In this document: positions 31,452-40,595 of the stretch, in pieces | Layout: each line of letters starts with the position of its first letter | How positions within the stretch are numbered: position 1 is the first letter of the stretch | NCBI GenBank assembly: GCA_964549595.1 | Contig: CAZJWK010000003.1 | Location: 3,242 to 67,241 of the forward strand | Reading direction: 5' to 3' | Length of the DNA: 64,000 nt | Origin: an uncultured Sphingobacteriales bacterium | GTDB lineage: Bacteria > Bacteroidota > Bacteroidia > CAILMK01 > CAYYUA01 | Translations under genes and position numbers: made by a program | The notes under the pieces: generated by a model | Told to the model about the DNA's origin: nothing | What the model saw: the letters and a program-made list of their open reading frames with translations, nothing else | Databases searched by the model: none

Positions 31452-31733
31452 ATGAGTAAACAAATCAACATAAGGGTTAACATTGCTGACCGCGTGTACC
31501 CCTTGAAAGTAACAGTTGAAGAGGAAGAAAAAGTCAGGCGCGCAGCTAAGCGGCTTAATGAAAGGATTCAACAATATAAAAAGCAATTTGAGGTGGAAGA
31601 CAAGCATGACCTTTTAGCCATGTGCGCTTTGGAATTTGCCACTGAAGCTGAAAGTGTCAGTTACCAAAAATCGCATTATGAGAAAGGCCTCATGGAAAAA
31701 ATTGAGGCCATTGAAAATTTGCTGAATCATTAA
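31452..31733 (+). CDS. zapA: Cell division protein ZapA
   Basis: 93 aa; N-terminal ZapA signature (INIRVNIADRVYPLKV), C-terminal coiled coil; conserved pheT-x-zapA-rny synteny. Confidence 0.8.
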   Translation: MSKQINIRVNIADRVYPLKVTVEEEEKVRRAAKRLNERIQQYKKQFEVEDKHDLLAMCALEFATEAESVSYQKSHYEKGLMEKIEAIENLLNH

Positions 31734-31770
31734 TCGTACATTCATCTCCAGTGTTTTGGGAATGAATGGA

Positions 31771-31845
31771 TTAAGCCGCAAGTAATTCGTTAGGAGTGTG
31801 TTAATGGCCGTGACACTTCTAAAGGCTTATTTGCGGCTTTTTTTA
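31771..31845 (+). terminator. Structured element in the zapA-rny spacer: outer stem AGCCGCAA/TTGCGGCT with a nested GAGTGTG/CACACTC-type hairpin, followed by T7
   Basis: Direct inspection; T-tract 31837..31843; could be a zapA terminator and/or an rny leader structure. Confidence 0.45.
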
Positions 31846-31868
31846 TGAAACTTAAAAAAAAGTAAACC

Positions 31869-33440
31869 ATGGATTTAACCTATATCATCATCTTAGTAAG
31901 TGCCATTCTGGTATCCTTAATAGCGGGCGTTTTGATAAGCCGTTACCTGGTTTCGGGGAACATGAAGAAAAAAGAAGAAGAGGCCCAAAAACGGGCCGAT
32001 GAAATCGTTAATGAAGCCAAGGAAAAGGCGGAAGTCATTAAGAAGGATAAGATCAATGAATCGCGGGAAAAGTTCCTGCAAATGAAATCAGAACACGAAA
32101 AGGAGGTCAATAAGAAAAACAAAAACCTCCAGCAACAGCAGCAAAAAGTCAAAGAAAAGGAAAAGGAGTTAAAGGAAAAAGAGCAAGCGTTAAAAAAGCA
32201 GGAAGAGGAGCTACAGCATACCAAGAGCCAGCTTGAGCAAAAAAAGGAAGCCGTGGACCAGAAAAAAGAGGAGTTGGACCATTTGTACAAAATGCATGTG
32301 GAGGAATTGGAAAAAGCCTCAGGCTTATCTGCTCAAGAGGCTGAAGAAAAACTAATCGAAAATTTGAAAGAAGAGGCAAGAACGAAAGCCAAAAGCTATA
32401 TTAAAGAGATAATGGATGAGGCCAAGGCCAATGCTACAAAAGCCGCTCGCAAATTGGTGCTTGAAACCGTACAAAGGGTGGCCTCAGAACAAACCATCGA
32501 AAACTGTGTTTCCGTTTTCCACATCGACAATGATGAAATGAAAGGCCGGATTATTGGGCGTGAAGGCAGAAATATTAGAGCCCTCGAGGCGGCCACCGGA
32601 GTGGAGATCATCGTGGATGATACGCCGGAATCCATCGTATTGTCCGCTTTTGATCCGGTAAGAAGAGAAATTGCCCGGCTTTCCCTGCATAAATTGGTTT
32701 CGGATGGGCGGATTCACCCGGCTCGCATTGAAGAAGTCGTTCAGAAAACCCAGAAGGAAATTGACGAGGAAATCAAGAACATCGGGGAAAAGACCTGTAT
32801 TGATATGGGCATTCACGGCTTGCATCCTGACATTATTCAGCTTGTCGGACGAATGCGATACCGCTCCTCTTACGGGCAAAACCTACTCCAACATTCACGT
32901 GAGGTGGCTAAATTTTGTGGCATAATGGCAGCGGAATTGGGCCTTGATGCCAAAAAAGCCAGAAGAGCAGGTTTACTACACGACATCGGCAAGGTTTCCG
33001 AGGAAGACAATGAAACCCCTCACGCCTTATTAGGAGCCCGCATTGCCGAAAACCACAATGAGGATCCCGAAGTGGTGAATGCCATTGGTGCTCACCACGA
33101 TGAAATGGAAATGAATTCCCATCTATCACCCATTATACAGGTTTGTGACGGCATTTCAGGGGCACGACCGGGTGCACGCAGAGAGGTCTTTGAGTCTTAT
33201 CTGCAACGGTTGAAGGACCTGGAGAATATTGCCCTGTCCTTTGATGGTGTGCAAAAAAGCTATGCCATTCAGGCAGGAAGGGAATTAAGGGTTATTGTGG
33301 AAAGTGAAAAGATCGATGATTCCTCAGCCGATAACCTTTCCTTTGAAATTTCGGATAAAATACAGCAGGAGCTTACTTATCCGGGTCAGGTTAAAGTTAC
33401 TGTCATCAGGGAAAGAAGGGCTGTTAATTACGCCAAGTAA
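31869..33440 (+). CDS. rny: Ribonuclease Y
   Basis: 523 aa; N-terminal TM, K/E-rich coiled coil, KH domain ([13 protein letters not shown]), HD domain (HS...LLHDIGK). Confidence 0.9.
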   Translation: MDLTYIIILVSAILVSLIAGVLISRYLVSGNMKKKEEEAQKRADEIVNEAKEKAEVIKKDKINESREKFLQMKSEHEKEVNKKNKNLQQQQQKVKEKEKELKEKEQALKKQEEELQHTKSQLEQKKEAVDQKKEELDHLYKMHVEELEKASGLSAQEAEEKLIENLKEEARTKAKSYIKEIMDEAKANATKAARKLVLETVQRVASEQTIENCVSVFHIDNDEMKGRIIGREGRNIRALEAATGVEIIVDDTPESIVLSAFDPVRREIARLSLHKLVSDGRIHPARIEEVVQKTQKEIDEEIKNIGEKTCIDMGIHGLHPDIIQLVGRMRYRSSYGQNLLQHSREVAKFCGIMAAELGLDAKKARRAGLLHDIGKVSEEDNETPHALLGARIAENHNEDPEVVNAIGAHHDEMEMNSHLSPIIQVCDGISGARPGARREVFESYLQRLKDLENIALSFDGVQKSYAIQAGRELRVIVESEKIDDSSADNLSFEISDKIQQELTYPGQVKVTVIRERRAVNYAK

Positions 33441-33581
33441 GGGTTTCCATTTTCGGACTTGAACAATGTTTGAGTACTAATCAATATAAGCATTACTTTG
33501 TTAATAGGCTGGAAAGAATAAGGCAAGTGCTTTTCCACCAGAAAAAACCCATTTTGCTGGACTAAAATAAAAATCAGGATC

Positions 33582-34565
33582 ATGGAATATTTGAAACCGG
33601 TTAATTGTGATTTTGAAATTTCAAGGATCACATTAGGCACATGGGCCATCGGGGGATGGATGTGGGGCGGAAACGATGAAAAAGAATCTGTAGACACGGT
33701 GGTTAAAGCCATTGACGAAGGGGTCACTACGATAGATACCGCAGCGATTTATGGCCATGGAAAATCCGAGGAACTGGTTGGAAAAGGCATCAAGAAGTAT
33801 GGGAATCGCCATGAAGTGATCCTGGCTACCAAATGTGGATTGGAATGGGATGATAAGGGAAAAATCAGGAGGAATTCAAGCCGTGAACGATTAAAAAAAG
33901 AAATTGAGGATTCCCTCAGAAGGTTAGATACTGATTACATCGATATTTACCAAATACACTGGCCTGATCACAATACGTCATTTTCCGAAACGGCTGAAAC
34001 TTTACTGGAGCTTCAAAAAGCCGGTAAGATAAGAGCCATTGGCGTTTCCAATTTTTCACCTGACCAAATGGAGGAATTTAGGGAACATGCTCCTATTCAT
34101 TTTTGCCAACCCCCTTATAACATCTTTGAAAGGGAGATTGAAAATGATGTCAAGCCCTATTGCAAGGAAAACAACATTGCCCTGTTGACTTACGGAGCCT
34201 TATGCCGGGGGCTCTTAACGGGTAAAATGACTGAAAACACAACCTTTGAAGGAGATGATTTACGCCAAATGGATCCAAAATTTAAGGGTGTACGATACCA
34301 AGAATACCTTGAAGCCGTCAGGCAACTGCAAAATTTTGCGAATGAATCCTACCACAAAGGCATCATTCCTTTTGCCGTTCGCTGGATTCTTGATAAAGGG
34401 ATTGAATCCGCTATTTGGGGAGCACGAAGACCTGACCAAATTGAAGGTGTCAATGAGGCTATGGACTGGCACTTATCTGATGAGGCGCTGGAAAAAATCG
34501 AACAGATCCTGGATACTACGTTAAGCAAACCTGTTGGGCCGGAATTTATGGCGCCACCTGCTTAA
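33582..34565 (+). CDS. Aldo/keto reductase
   Basis: 327 aa; AKR motifs (IDTAAIYG, HWPD, GVSNF). Confidence 0.8.
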   Translation: MEYLKPVNCDFEISRITLGTWAIGGWMWGGNDEKESVDTVVKAIDEGVTTIDTAAIYGHGKSEELVGKGIKKYGNRHEVILATKCGLEWDDKGKIRRNSSRERLKKEIEDSLRRLDTDYIDIYQIHWPDHNTSFSETAETLLELQKAGKIRAIGVSNFSPDQMEEFREHAPIHFCQPPYNIFEREIENDVKPYCKENNIALLTYGALCRGLLTGKMTENTTFEGDDLRQMDPKFKGVRYQEYLEAVRQLQNFANESYHKGIIPFAVRWILDKGIESAIWGARRPDQIEGVNEAMDWHLSDEALEKIEQILDTTLSKPVGPEFMAPPA

Positions 34566-34647
34566 ACTTACCGGGTTTTCCCTTATTCATTGATGGATGG
34601 CCTGTGTAAACATCCGGTGTGGTAACCTTGTATTAAAACCAAAATCC

Positions 34648-35850
34648 ATGCAATTTGACACGCTGATTATTGGTGGTGGTATTATTGGCCTTGCTACCGC
34701 TTATAAGCTTCTGGAAAAGGAGCCCAATCTTAAAGTGGGGGTGATCGAGAAAGAGGATCACATTGCCAATCACCAAACAGGTCATAACAGTGGCGTTATT
34801 CATTCCGGGGTTTACTACAAACCAGGAAGCCTCAAAGCGGAAAATTGTACAAAGGGTTACCGGATGTTGGTAGATTTTTGTGAGGCGGAATCATTACCCT
34901 ACGAGCTTTGTGGTAAAGTTATCGTGGCCACGGAAGAATGGGAGCTACCCATCCTTGAGAAAATATTCAACCGGGGTAAGGAAAATGGTCTCCAAAACCT
35001 TCAATATTTAGGACCCGATGAAATAAGGGAAAAGGAGCCCCATGCAAGGGGTATACAAGGAATATGGGTGCCCCAAACCGGCATTGTCGATTATAAAAAA
35101 GTCGCTGAAAGGTTAGCCGCTAAGATTACCGAAAAGAATGGCACCCTATTAACCGGGGAATCCGTTCAGGATGTAAAAAACGCATTCAACCAAGTCACGG
35201 TAACAACCCCAGAAAACCAATACTCGGCAAAGCTTTTGATCAATTGTGCCGGACTTTACGCTGATAAAATTGCCAGAATGACCCACCCTGACATAGGTTA
35301 CCGGATCATTCCTTTTCGCGGTGAATATTATAACCTGGCACCTGAAGCGCAGCACCTGGTCAAAAATCTTATTTATCCTGTCCCCGATCCCAATTTCCCA
35401 TTTCTGGGCGTTCATTTCACCAGAGAAATCGATGGAAACATTGAGGCCGGCCCCAATGCAGTGTTTGCCTTTAGCCGGGAAGGATACGCCAAAAGTCATT
35501 TTAACCTGAAAGAAACTTTGGAATCTCTTAGCTGGCCCGGTTTTAGAAAAGTGATCAGGAATTATTGGACCACAGGAATCGGAGAAATGTACCGGTCTTT
35601 TTCCAAGTCGGCTTTTACGAAAGCACTACAGAAACTCATACCGGAAATAAAACAAGATCAACTCCAACAAGGGGGTGCGGGTGTTCGAGCCCAGGCTTGC
35701 GATCGCAACGGCGGTTTGGTTGATGATTTCGTGATTTTTGAAGATGAGGGTTTGGTCCATGTCCTTAACGCCCCTTCACCCGCAGCTACCTCCTGCCTGT
35801 CCATTGGTGATACCGTAGTCCAAAAAGGCCTGAAAAAAATGAAGTCGTGA
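34648..35850 (+). CDS. lhgO: L-2-hydroxyglutarate oxidase / FAD-dependent oxidoreductase
   Basis: ~400 aa from MQFDTLIIGGGIIGLATA (the ORF opens 17 codons earlier at 34597); DAO-family FAD motif. Confidence 0.7.
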   Translation: MQFDTLIIGGGIIGLATAYKLLEKEPNLKVGVIEKEDHIANHQTGHNSGVIHSGVYYKPGSLKAENCTKGYRMLVDFCEAESLPYELCGKVIVATEEWELPILEKIFNRGKENGLQNLQYLGPDEIREKEPHARGIQGIWVPQTGIVDYKKVAERLAAKITEKNGTLLTGESVQDVKNAFNQVTVTTPENQYSAKLLINCAGLYADKIARMTHPDIGYRIIPFRGEYYNLAPEAQHLVKNLIYPVPDPNFPFLGVHFTREIDGNIEAGPNAVFAFSREGYAKSHFNLKETLESLSWPGFRKVIRNYWTTGIGEMYRSFSKSAFTKALQKLIPEIKQDQLQQGGAGVRAQACDRNGGLVDDFVIFEDEGLVHVLNAPSPAATSCLSIGDTVVQKGLKKMKS

Positions 35851-35906
35851 GGTTCAATGCCTTTAATCGCAATTTTTTCCGACCAATTTTGCCCTCAGAC
35901 CATTAT

Positions 35907-36386
35907 TCAGTACATCATTTTATCTGGCTTATCCCACCATTCTTTAAAAACCTGCTTACCCTCCTCATGAAGCAATTGTTTGAAAGGTAAAGCACGGTTT
36001 GACATAGGTTTTTCCAGCTCCTTATATATCCATTGGTCATCAAAGCCCACTTCCGCGGCATCCGAATGAAAGGCTGCGAAATACACTTCATCGAGCCTTG
36101 CCCAGTAAACAGCCCCTAAACACATAGGGCAAGGTTCGCAAGAGGTATACAAAGAGCAACCTGATAAATCAAAGTTATCAAGGGTTTGGCTTGCCCTCCG
36201 GATGGCCATTATTTCTGCATGAGCTGTAGGATCATGATTGGAAGTCACCAAATTACCACCAGAGCCGATAATTTTTCCTTCTTTCACTACAAGGGCACCA
36301 AAGGGACCACCATAGCCGGCGTGCATATTGTCTTTAGCCAGCTGGACCGCCTTATTTAAAAAATATTCCGGATGCTTTTCAGGCAT
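35907..36386 (-). CDS. Nucleoside/guanine deaminase (CDA fold, zinc-binding)
   Basis: 159 aa; HAE...PCPMC zinc-ligand motifs. Confidence 0.75.
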   Translation of the reverse strand: MPEKHPEYFLNKAVQLAKDNMHAGYGGPFGALVVKEGKIIGSGGNLVTSNHDPTAHAEIMAIRRASQTLDNFDLSGCSLYTSCEPCPMCLGAVYWARLDEVYFAAFHSDAAEVGFDDQWIYKELEKPMSNRALPFKQLLHEEGKQVFKEWWDKPDKMMY

Positions 36387-36390
36387 TGTA

Positions 36391-37032
36391 CTAAGGTTTT
36401 ATGGGATAAGGATTTGACAATAAACTAATGAATTCATTAAGCATCATGGCCGTAGCGCCCCATACGACATGGCCCTTTAAATCGTAGTAGGGGCAATCCA
36501 CGGAATTCCCGTTTGACAAACGTATGAGACCGCGTTTCCGGATATGGTTCTCAAAAAGCAAAGCCAAAGGCACTTCAATAATGTGTTCAACTTCTTGCCG
36601 TTCCAGCCTAAATTGCCATAAATCCAAGGAAAAACCCACTATCGGATACACCATGAAATTACTGGGTGGTATATACAAACGGGAAATCTCACCCAATACA
36701 CTTACCGCTTTAGCGGGCCAACCCGTTTCTTCCTCCGTTTCCCGTAAAGCTGTTTCGCTCAGGTCTTTGTCGCGGGCTTCCATTTTTCCTCCGGGAAAAC
36801 TCACTTGACCACTATGTACGCCTTGATATTCAGTCCTTTGAATCAATAACAAATGCGGCGTTTCCCTCCTGGGATAAACCAAAAGCAAAACGCTTCCAAT
36901 ATTAGCGTTTGCAGAATCTGTTGCAAGGCCGGGTCTTTCATCCGGGGCCATTTGGTAATGGGCTGCTTCACCAGGAAGAGTTTCGTTTTCAAGCCTGTTT
37001 TGAACGATCTTTATAACGTCATTAAAGTTCAT
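36391..37032 (-). CDS. NUDIX hydrolase (CoA pyrophosphatase-like)
   Basis: 213 aa; Nudix box GGKMEARDKDLSETALRETEEETG. Confidence 0.75.
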   Translation of the reverse strand: MNFNDVIKIVQNRLENETLPGEAAHYQMAPDERPGLATDSANANIGSVLLLVYPRRETPHLLLIQRTEYQGVHSGQVSFPGGKMEARDKDLSETALRETEEETGWPAKAVSVLGEISRLYIPPSNFMVYPIVGFSLDLWQFRLERQEVEHIIEVPLALLFENHIRKRGLIRLSNGNSVDCPYYDLKGHVVWGATAMMLNEFISLLSNPYPIKP

Positions 37033-37451
37033 TATGGTTTCGCAAAAATTTCTTACCGATAAGTTGAGCCCTTAAAATTAAAAACCTGTTCCATCAAAGG
37101 CAAAAGCATTTTAAATCAGCCTAAGCCTGCAATTGGGATAGTGAGTCTTTTTTAAAAGGTTATTTAACTTAACAGCATCGCCCATACTAAAATACTATTT
37201 ATCTTTTTTTGGCTTTTTTGAATGTCATCCCAAAGTTAGCATTTTAGCCCTAAAGTTTGTCAATTTTGTGATGTTAGCCCTGATATAAAAAAATATTGAT
37301 AAAAATTTAATGGTAATGCTTTATTGGTTTTTCTTTAAAAAAATTTAACTTTATAGTTGGACATTCGTTTGTTTAGGAATTTTAATAGCTTTGATTGAGG
37401 TTAAAATTTGCTCTGTTGAAATTAGATTGATAATTTTCAGAAAATTACAAT

Positions 37452-37868
37452 ATGGCAAAGGTCCAGAAAGTTCTGATTATTGATGATGATGAGATTAACA
37501 ACTTTGTTTGTGCTAAAGTGATTTCGAAAAATGATTTTGCAGAAGATGTTAAAACCTTTTTAAGTGGAAGGGAGGGTCTGAACTATTTGGAAGAGCTCAA
37601 AAATAACGACCCATCCGGTGTCCCGGATTTGATTTTACTGGATATCAACATGCCTATCATGAATGGATGGGATTTTCTGGAAGAGTATGAAAAAATGCTT
37701 CCCGAGCTTCATAAACATCCTGTTCTAATGATGTTGTCCTCCTCCGTTTATGAAGAAGACATTGAAAAGGCCAATGAACACAGTGAGGTCAAAGATTATG
37801 TTACCAAGCCATTGAACGACCAGGTACTGGATAAAATTTATAAAAAACATTTTTTAAGTCATGCTTAA
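37452..37868 (+). CDS. Orphan single-domain response regulator (REC only)
   Basis: 138 aa; KVLIIDDDE...LLDINMPIMNGWDFL...(D, phospho-acceptor D, T/K positions present); no output domain, no adjacent kinase. Confidence 0.75.
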   Translation: MAKVQKVLIIDDDEINNFVCAKVISKNDFAEDVKTFLSGREGLNYLEELKNNDPSGVPDLILLDINMPIMNGWDFLEEYEKMLPELHKHPVLMMLSSSVYEEDIEKANEHSEVKDYVTKPLNDQVLDKIYKKHFLSHA

Positions 37869-38050
37869 AAAATGTTTAAGCGTTTCCTTTCGTAAAATTT
37901 TTTCATTTACTTTGCTCTTCAGGGTATTGAGGAGATCATTTAATAAAACCGGTAAGTTTTTAAATGCTGGAATGCCGCTTTAAGAGGGCTTCCAATCATT
38001 CCCCCTTTAATTAAAAAATATTGGGTTTTTTATCTTTTAAATCCAAATAT

Positions 38051-38971
38051 ATGAAGATTGTATCTTTATTACCCAATGCTACAGAAATATTATTTGCTAT
38101 TGGTTATGGTGAGCACTTAGTGGGACGTTCTCATGAATGTGATTACCCATCAAGTGTAACCAAACTTCCTACATGTACCCAAACAAAAGTTCCTCCCAGG
38201 GGGCCCGGCAAAACCATCCACAAGAACGTACAAAATTTGGTTAATCACGGTTTATCGGTATATGAAGTAGACGGGGAAAAATTAAATCAGTTACAGCCGG
38301 ATATCATTATTACCCAAATGCAATGTGAACTTTGCGCTGCCAGCCCCGATGATGTGGTAAAGGCTGTGAATGATTTCCTGGACTATCAACCAAAAGTAGT
38401 GACCCTGGCTCCTAACTTTCTTCAGGACGTTTGGGAAGACTTTCAGAAGATCGGGGATGCATTGGGTGATGAGGAAGCAGTAACAAAACTCCAAAATAGG
38501 CTTAAGGAAGAAATGCAACAAATAGCCCAAAAGGCCATCGAAATTCCTGAAAAGCCTAAAGTCGCTATGATCGAATGGATTGACCCACTAATGCTGGCTG
38601 GTAATTGGATTCCCAAATTAGTGGAATATGTGGGTGCCAGAAATCTTTTTATCAAAGAAGGAGAGCATTCACCCATTATCGATTTTTCATCCCTGGTTGA
38701 AGCCAATCCGGAAAAAATAATAGTAGCACCCTGTGGTTTTGATATGAATCAAACCCGGGAGGAAATGCCCTCGTTAGAAAATTACGCTTTTTGGCAAGAT
38801 TTAGAGGCCGTTAAAAATAAAAAAGTTTATATATCTGATGGGCACCAATATTTTAACCGGTCAGGCCCTCGTTTGCTGGACTCCCTGAAAATTCTGGCTG
38901 AAATCATTCATCCTGAGACTTTCCATTTTAACCTGGAAGGCAGCGGGTGGAAAAAATGGTACCGCAATTAA
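38051..38971 (+). CDS. BtuF-like (cobalamin/siderophore-type, class III) periplasmic-binding-fold protein lacking a signal peptide
   Basis: ~306 aa from MKIVSLLPNATEILFAIG (the ORF opens at 38021); the motif aligns to the mature BtuF start, so there is no room for a secretion signal. Confidence 0.6.
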   Translation: MKIVSLLPNATEILFAIGYGEHLVGRSHECDYPSSVTKLPTCTQTKVPPRGPGKTIHKNVQNLVNHGLSVYEVDGEKLNQLQPDIIITQMQCELCAASPDDVVKAVNDFLDYQPKVVTLAPNFLQDVWEDFQKIGDALGDEEAVTKLQNRLKEEMQQIAQKAIEIPEKPKVAMIEWIDPLMLAGNWIPKLVEYVGARNLFIKEGEHSPIIDFSSLVEANPEKIIVAPCGFDMNQTREEMPSLENYAFWQDLEAVKNKKVYISDGHQYFNRSGPRLLDSLKILAEIIHPETFHFNLEGSGWKKWYRN

Positions 38972-39014
38972 GTTTTTTTAATGGGAAAAAATTAGCCCTA
39001 TAACCTGCTCACTT

Positions 39015-40541
39015 TTACAACCACTGGCTACCTTCCTCCCCTTCAAAACCACTTTCCTCATCGCCGAAATTCATCATGCCGCTCAGTAGATCTTTGAATG
39101 TTTGTCCTTCTTCAATATTGTGCTTGCTTAGCATGGAATATTCAGCCAGGCCGTGAAGCAAGAATTCCATGAATAACAGTTTCTCTTGCTTACCTGCTTT
39201 CGGCCGGTAATGATCTACCAGTTTTTCAAGGCCCTTAACATTTTTTAAGGCCTCTTCATAAGCTTTTTCAGTCATGTCATGGAAAAGTTCCACCATTTCC
39301 CCCTTACCAAACCACTGAATAATATCCTGATAAGGATTTTGACCTTCTTTTTTACTGATTTGCTTTGGATCCGGGAAATAATGGACAAATTGCTTCCGAA
39401 TGGCTTTTCCGATTAACATTTGGGCCACATTGGCCGGACCTTCCTGTTCCCCTTCATAAACCAGTTCAATTTTCCCCGTGATAGCCGGAATTAAGCCTAC
39501 AAAATCAGCTATTCTTACGTAGCCTTTTTTCTCTTTATTAACGAGCGTTCGGCGCTCAACGGCACTCATGACATTTTCGTAACCAGAGATAGTCAAACGG
39601 GCAGAAACCCCGCTTTTTTCATCCACATACTCACTATCCCTGGCTTCAAATGCCACCTGCTCAATGAGGTCCTCTGCAAGGGTATGGATTTGGACGAGCT
39701 CTTCCTGCTCTTTATGTTGCCTGATCTCTTGCTTCGTAATATGTTTAGCAACATCAAGGGTTTTAGGATAATGCGTTAGTATCTGACTATCAATACGATC
39801 CTTTAATGGGGTAACAATGGTTCCCCTGTTGGTATAATCCTCAGGGTTGGCTGTGAACACAAATTGAATATCAAGGGGCATTCTCAACTTAAATCCCCTT
39901 ATCTGAATATCTCCTTCTTGTAAAATATTAAACAAGGCTACCTGGATACGGGCTTGTAAATCAGGAAGTTCATTTATTACAAAAATCCCTCTGTTAGAGC
40001 GGGGTAACAAGCCAAAATGGATAACCCTTTCATCCGAATAGGGCAGTTTCATGGAGGCGGCTTTTATGGGGTCCACATCACCGACAAGATCAGCAACTGT
40101 TACATCCGGAGTGGCCAACTTTTCTGTGAAACGTTGGTCCCTGTGAACCCATTCAATAGGTGTTTCATCCCCGAGATCATTAACCATGTCCCTCGCATGT
40201 TTTGATAAGGGGTTTAGGGGATCATCATTCAATTCCGAGTCTTTTACAATGGGTATATACTCATCCAAAAGATTGGTAATAAGCCGGGCAATACGTGTTT
40301 TAGCTTGCCCCCTCAACCCCAGGAGTATCATGTTATGGTTGGAAAGGATGCCTCTTTCAATGTCGGGTATTACTGTTTTATCAAACCCTAACACCCCTTT
40401 AAAAGGGTTTTCATCATTGCGCATTTTATCGACTAAATTCTCCCTTAATTCCTGTTTAACGGATTTTAATTCGTAGCCATGGGCCTTGAGGTCCTTGATT
40501 GAATGGATTTGGTCCCGGTGTGCTAAATAAGATTTCGTCAT
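39015..40541 (-). CDS. AAA+ ATPase of the Mg-chelatase ChlI/BchI-like (MoxR-related) family
   Basis: 508 aa; Walker A LLGLRGQAKT; ChlI-type core ...GLLPRSNRGIFVINELPDLQARIQVALFNILQEGDIQIRGFKLRMPLDIQFVFTANPEDY...PLKDRID. Confidence 0.65.
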   Translation of the reverse strand: MTKSYLAHRDQIHSIKDLKAHGYELKSVKQELRENLVDKMRNDENPFKGVLGFDKTVIPDIERGILSNHNMILLGLRGQAKTRIARLITNLLDEYIPIVKDSELNDDPLNPLSKHARDMVNDLGDETPIEWVHRDQRFTEKLATPDVTVADLVGDVDPIKAASMKLPYSDERVIHFGLLPRSNRGIFVINELPDLQARIQVALFNILQEGDIQIRGFKLRMPLDIQFVFTANPEDYTNRGTIVTPLKDRIDSQILTHYPKTLDVAKHITKQEIRQHKEQEELVQIHTLAEDLIEQVAFEARDSEYVDEKSGVSARLTISGYENVMSAVERRTLVNKEKKGYVRIADFVGLIPAITGKIELVYEGEQEGPANVAQMLIGKAIRKQFVHYFPDPKQISKKEGQNPYQDIIQWFGKGEMVELFHDMTEKAYEEALKNVKGLEKLVDHYRPKAGKQEKLLFMEFLLHGLAEYSMLSKHNIEEGQTFKDLLSGMMNFGDEESGFEGEEGSQWL

Positions 40542-40595
40542 AGGGGTAACAATTTGACTTTATGGGATTTAACAAACATTTGAAGGAGTAATGCC

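Noticed and set aside
31943-32379. Ser/Cys/Phe-rich ORFs (115 and 76 aa) on the minus strand
   Set aside because: Antisense to the Lys/Glu-rich coiled-coil region of rny (GAA/AAG repeats read in reverse give TTC/CTT-rich codons); compositional artefact, not a gene.
37869-38050. Possible cobalamin riboswitch upstream of the BtuF-like gene
   Set aside because: No B12-box-like (GCCACTG) or other conserved riboswitch core elements visible in the 180-nt leader.
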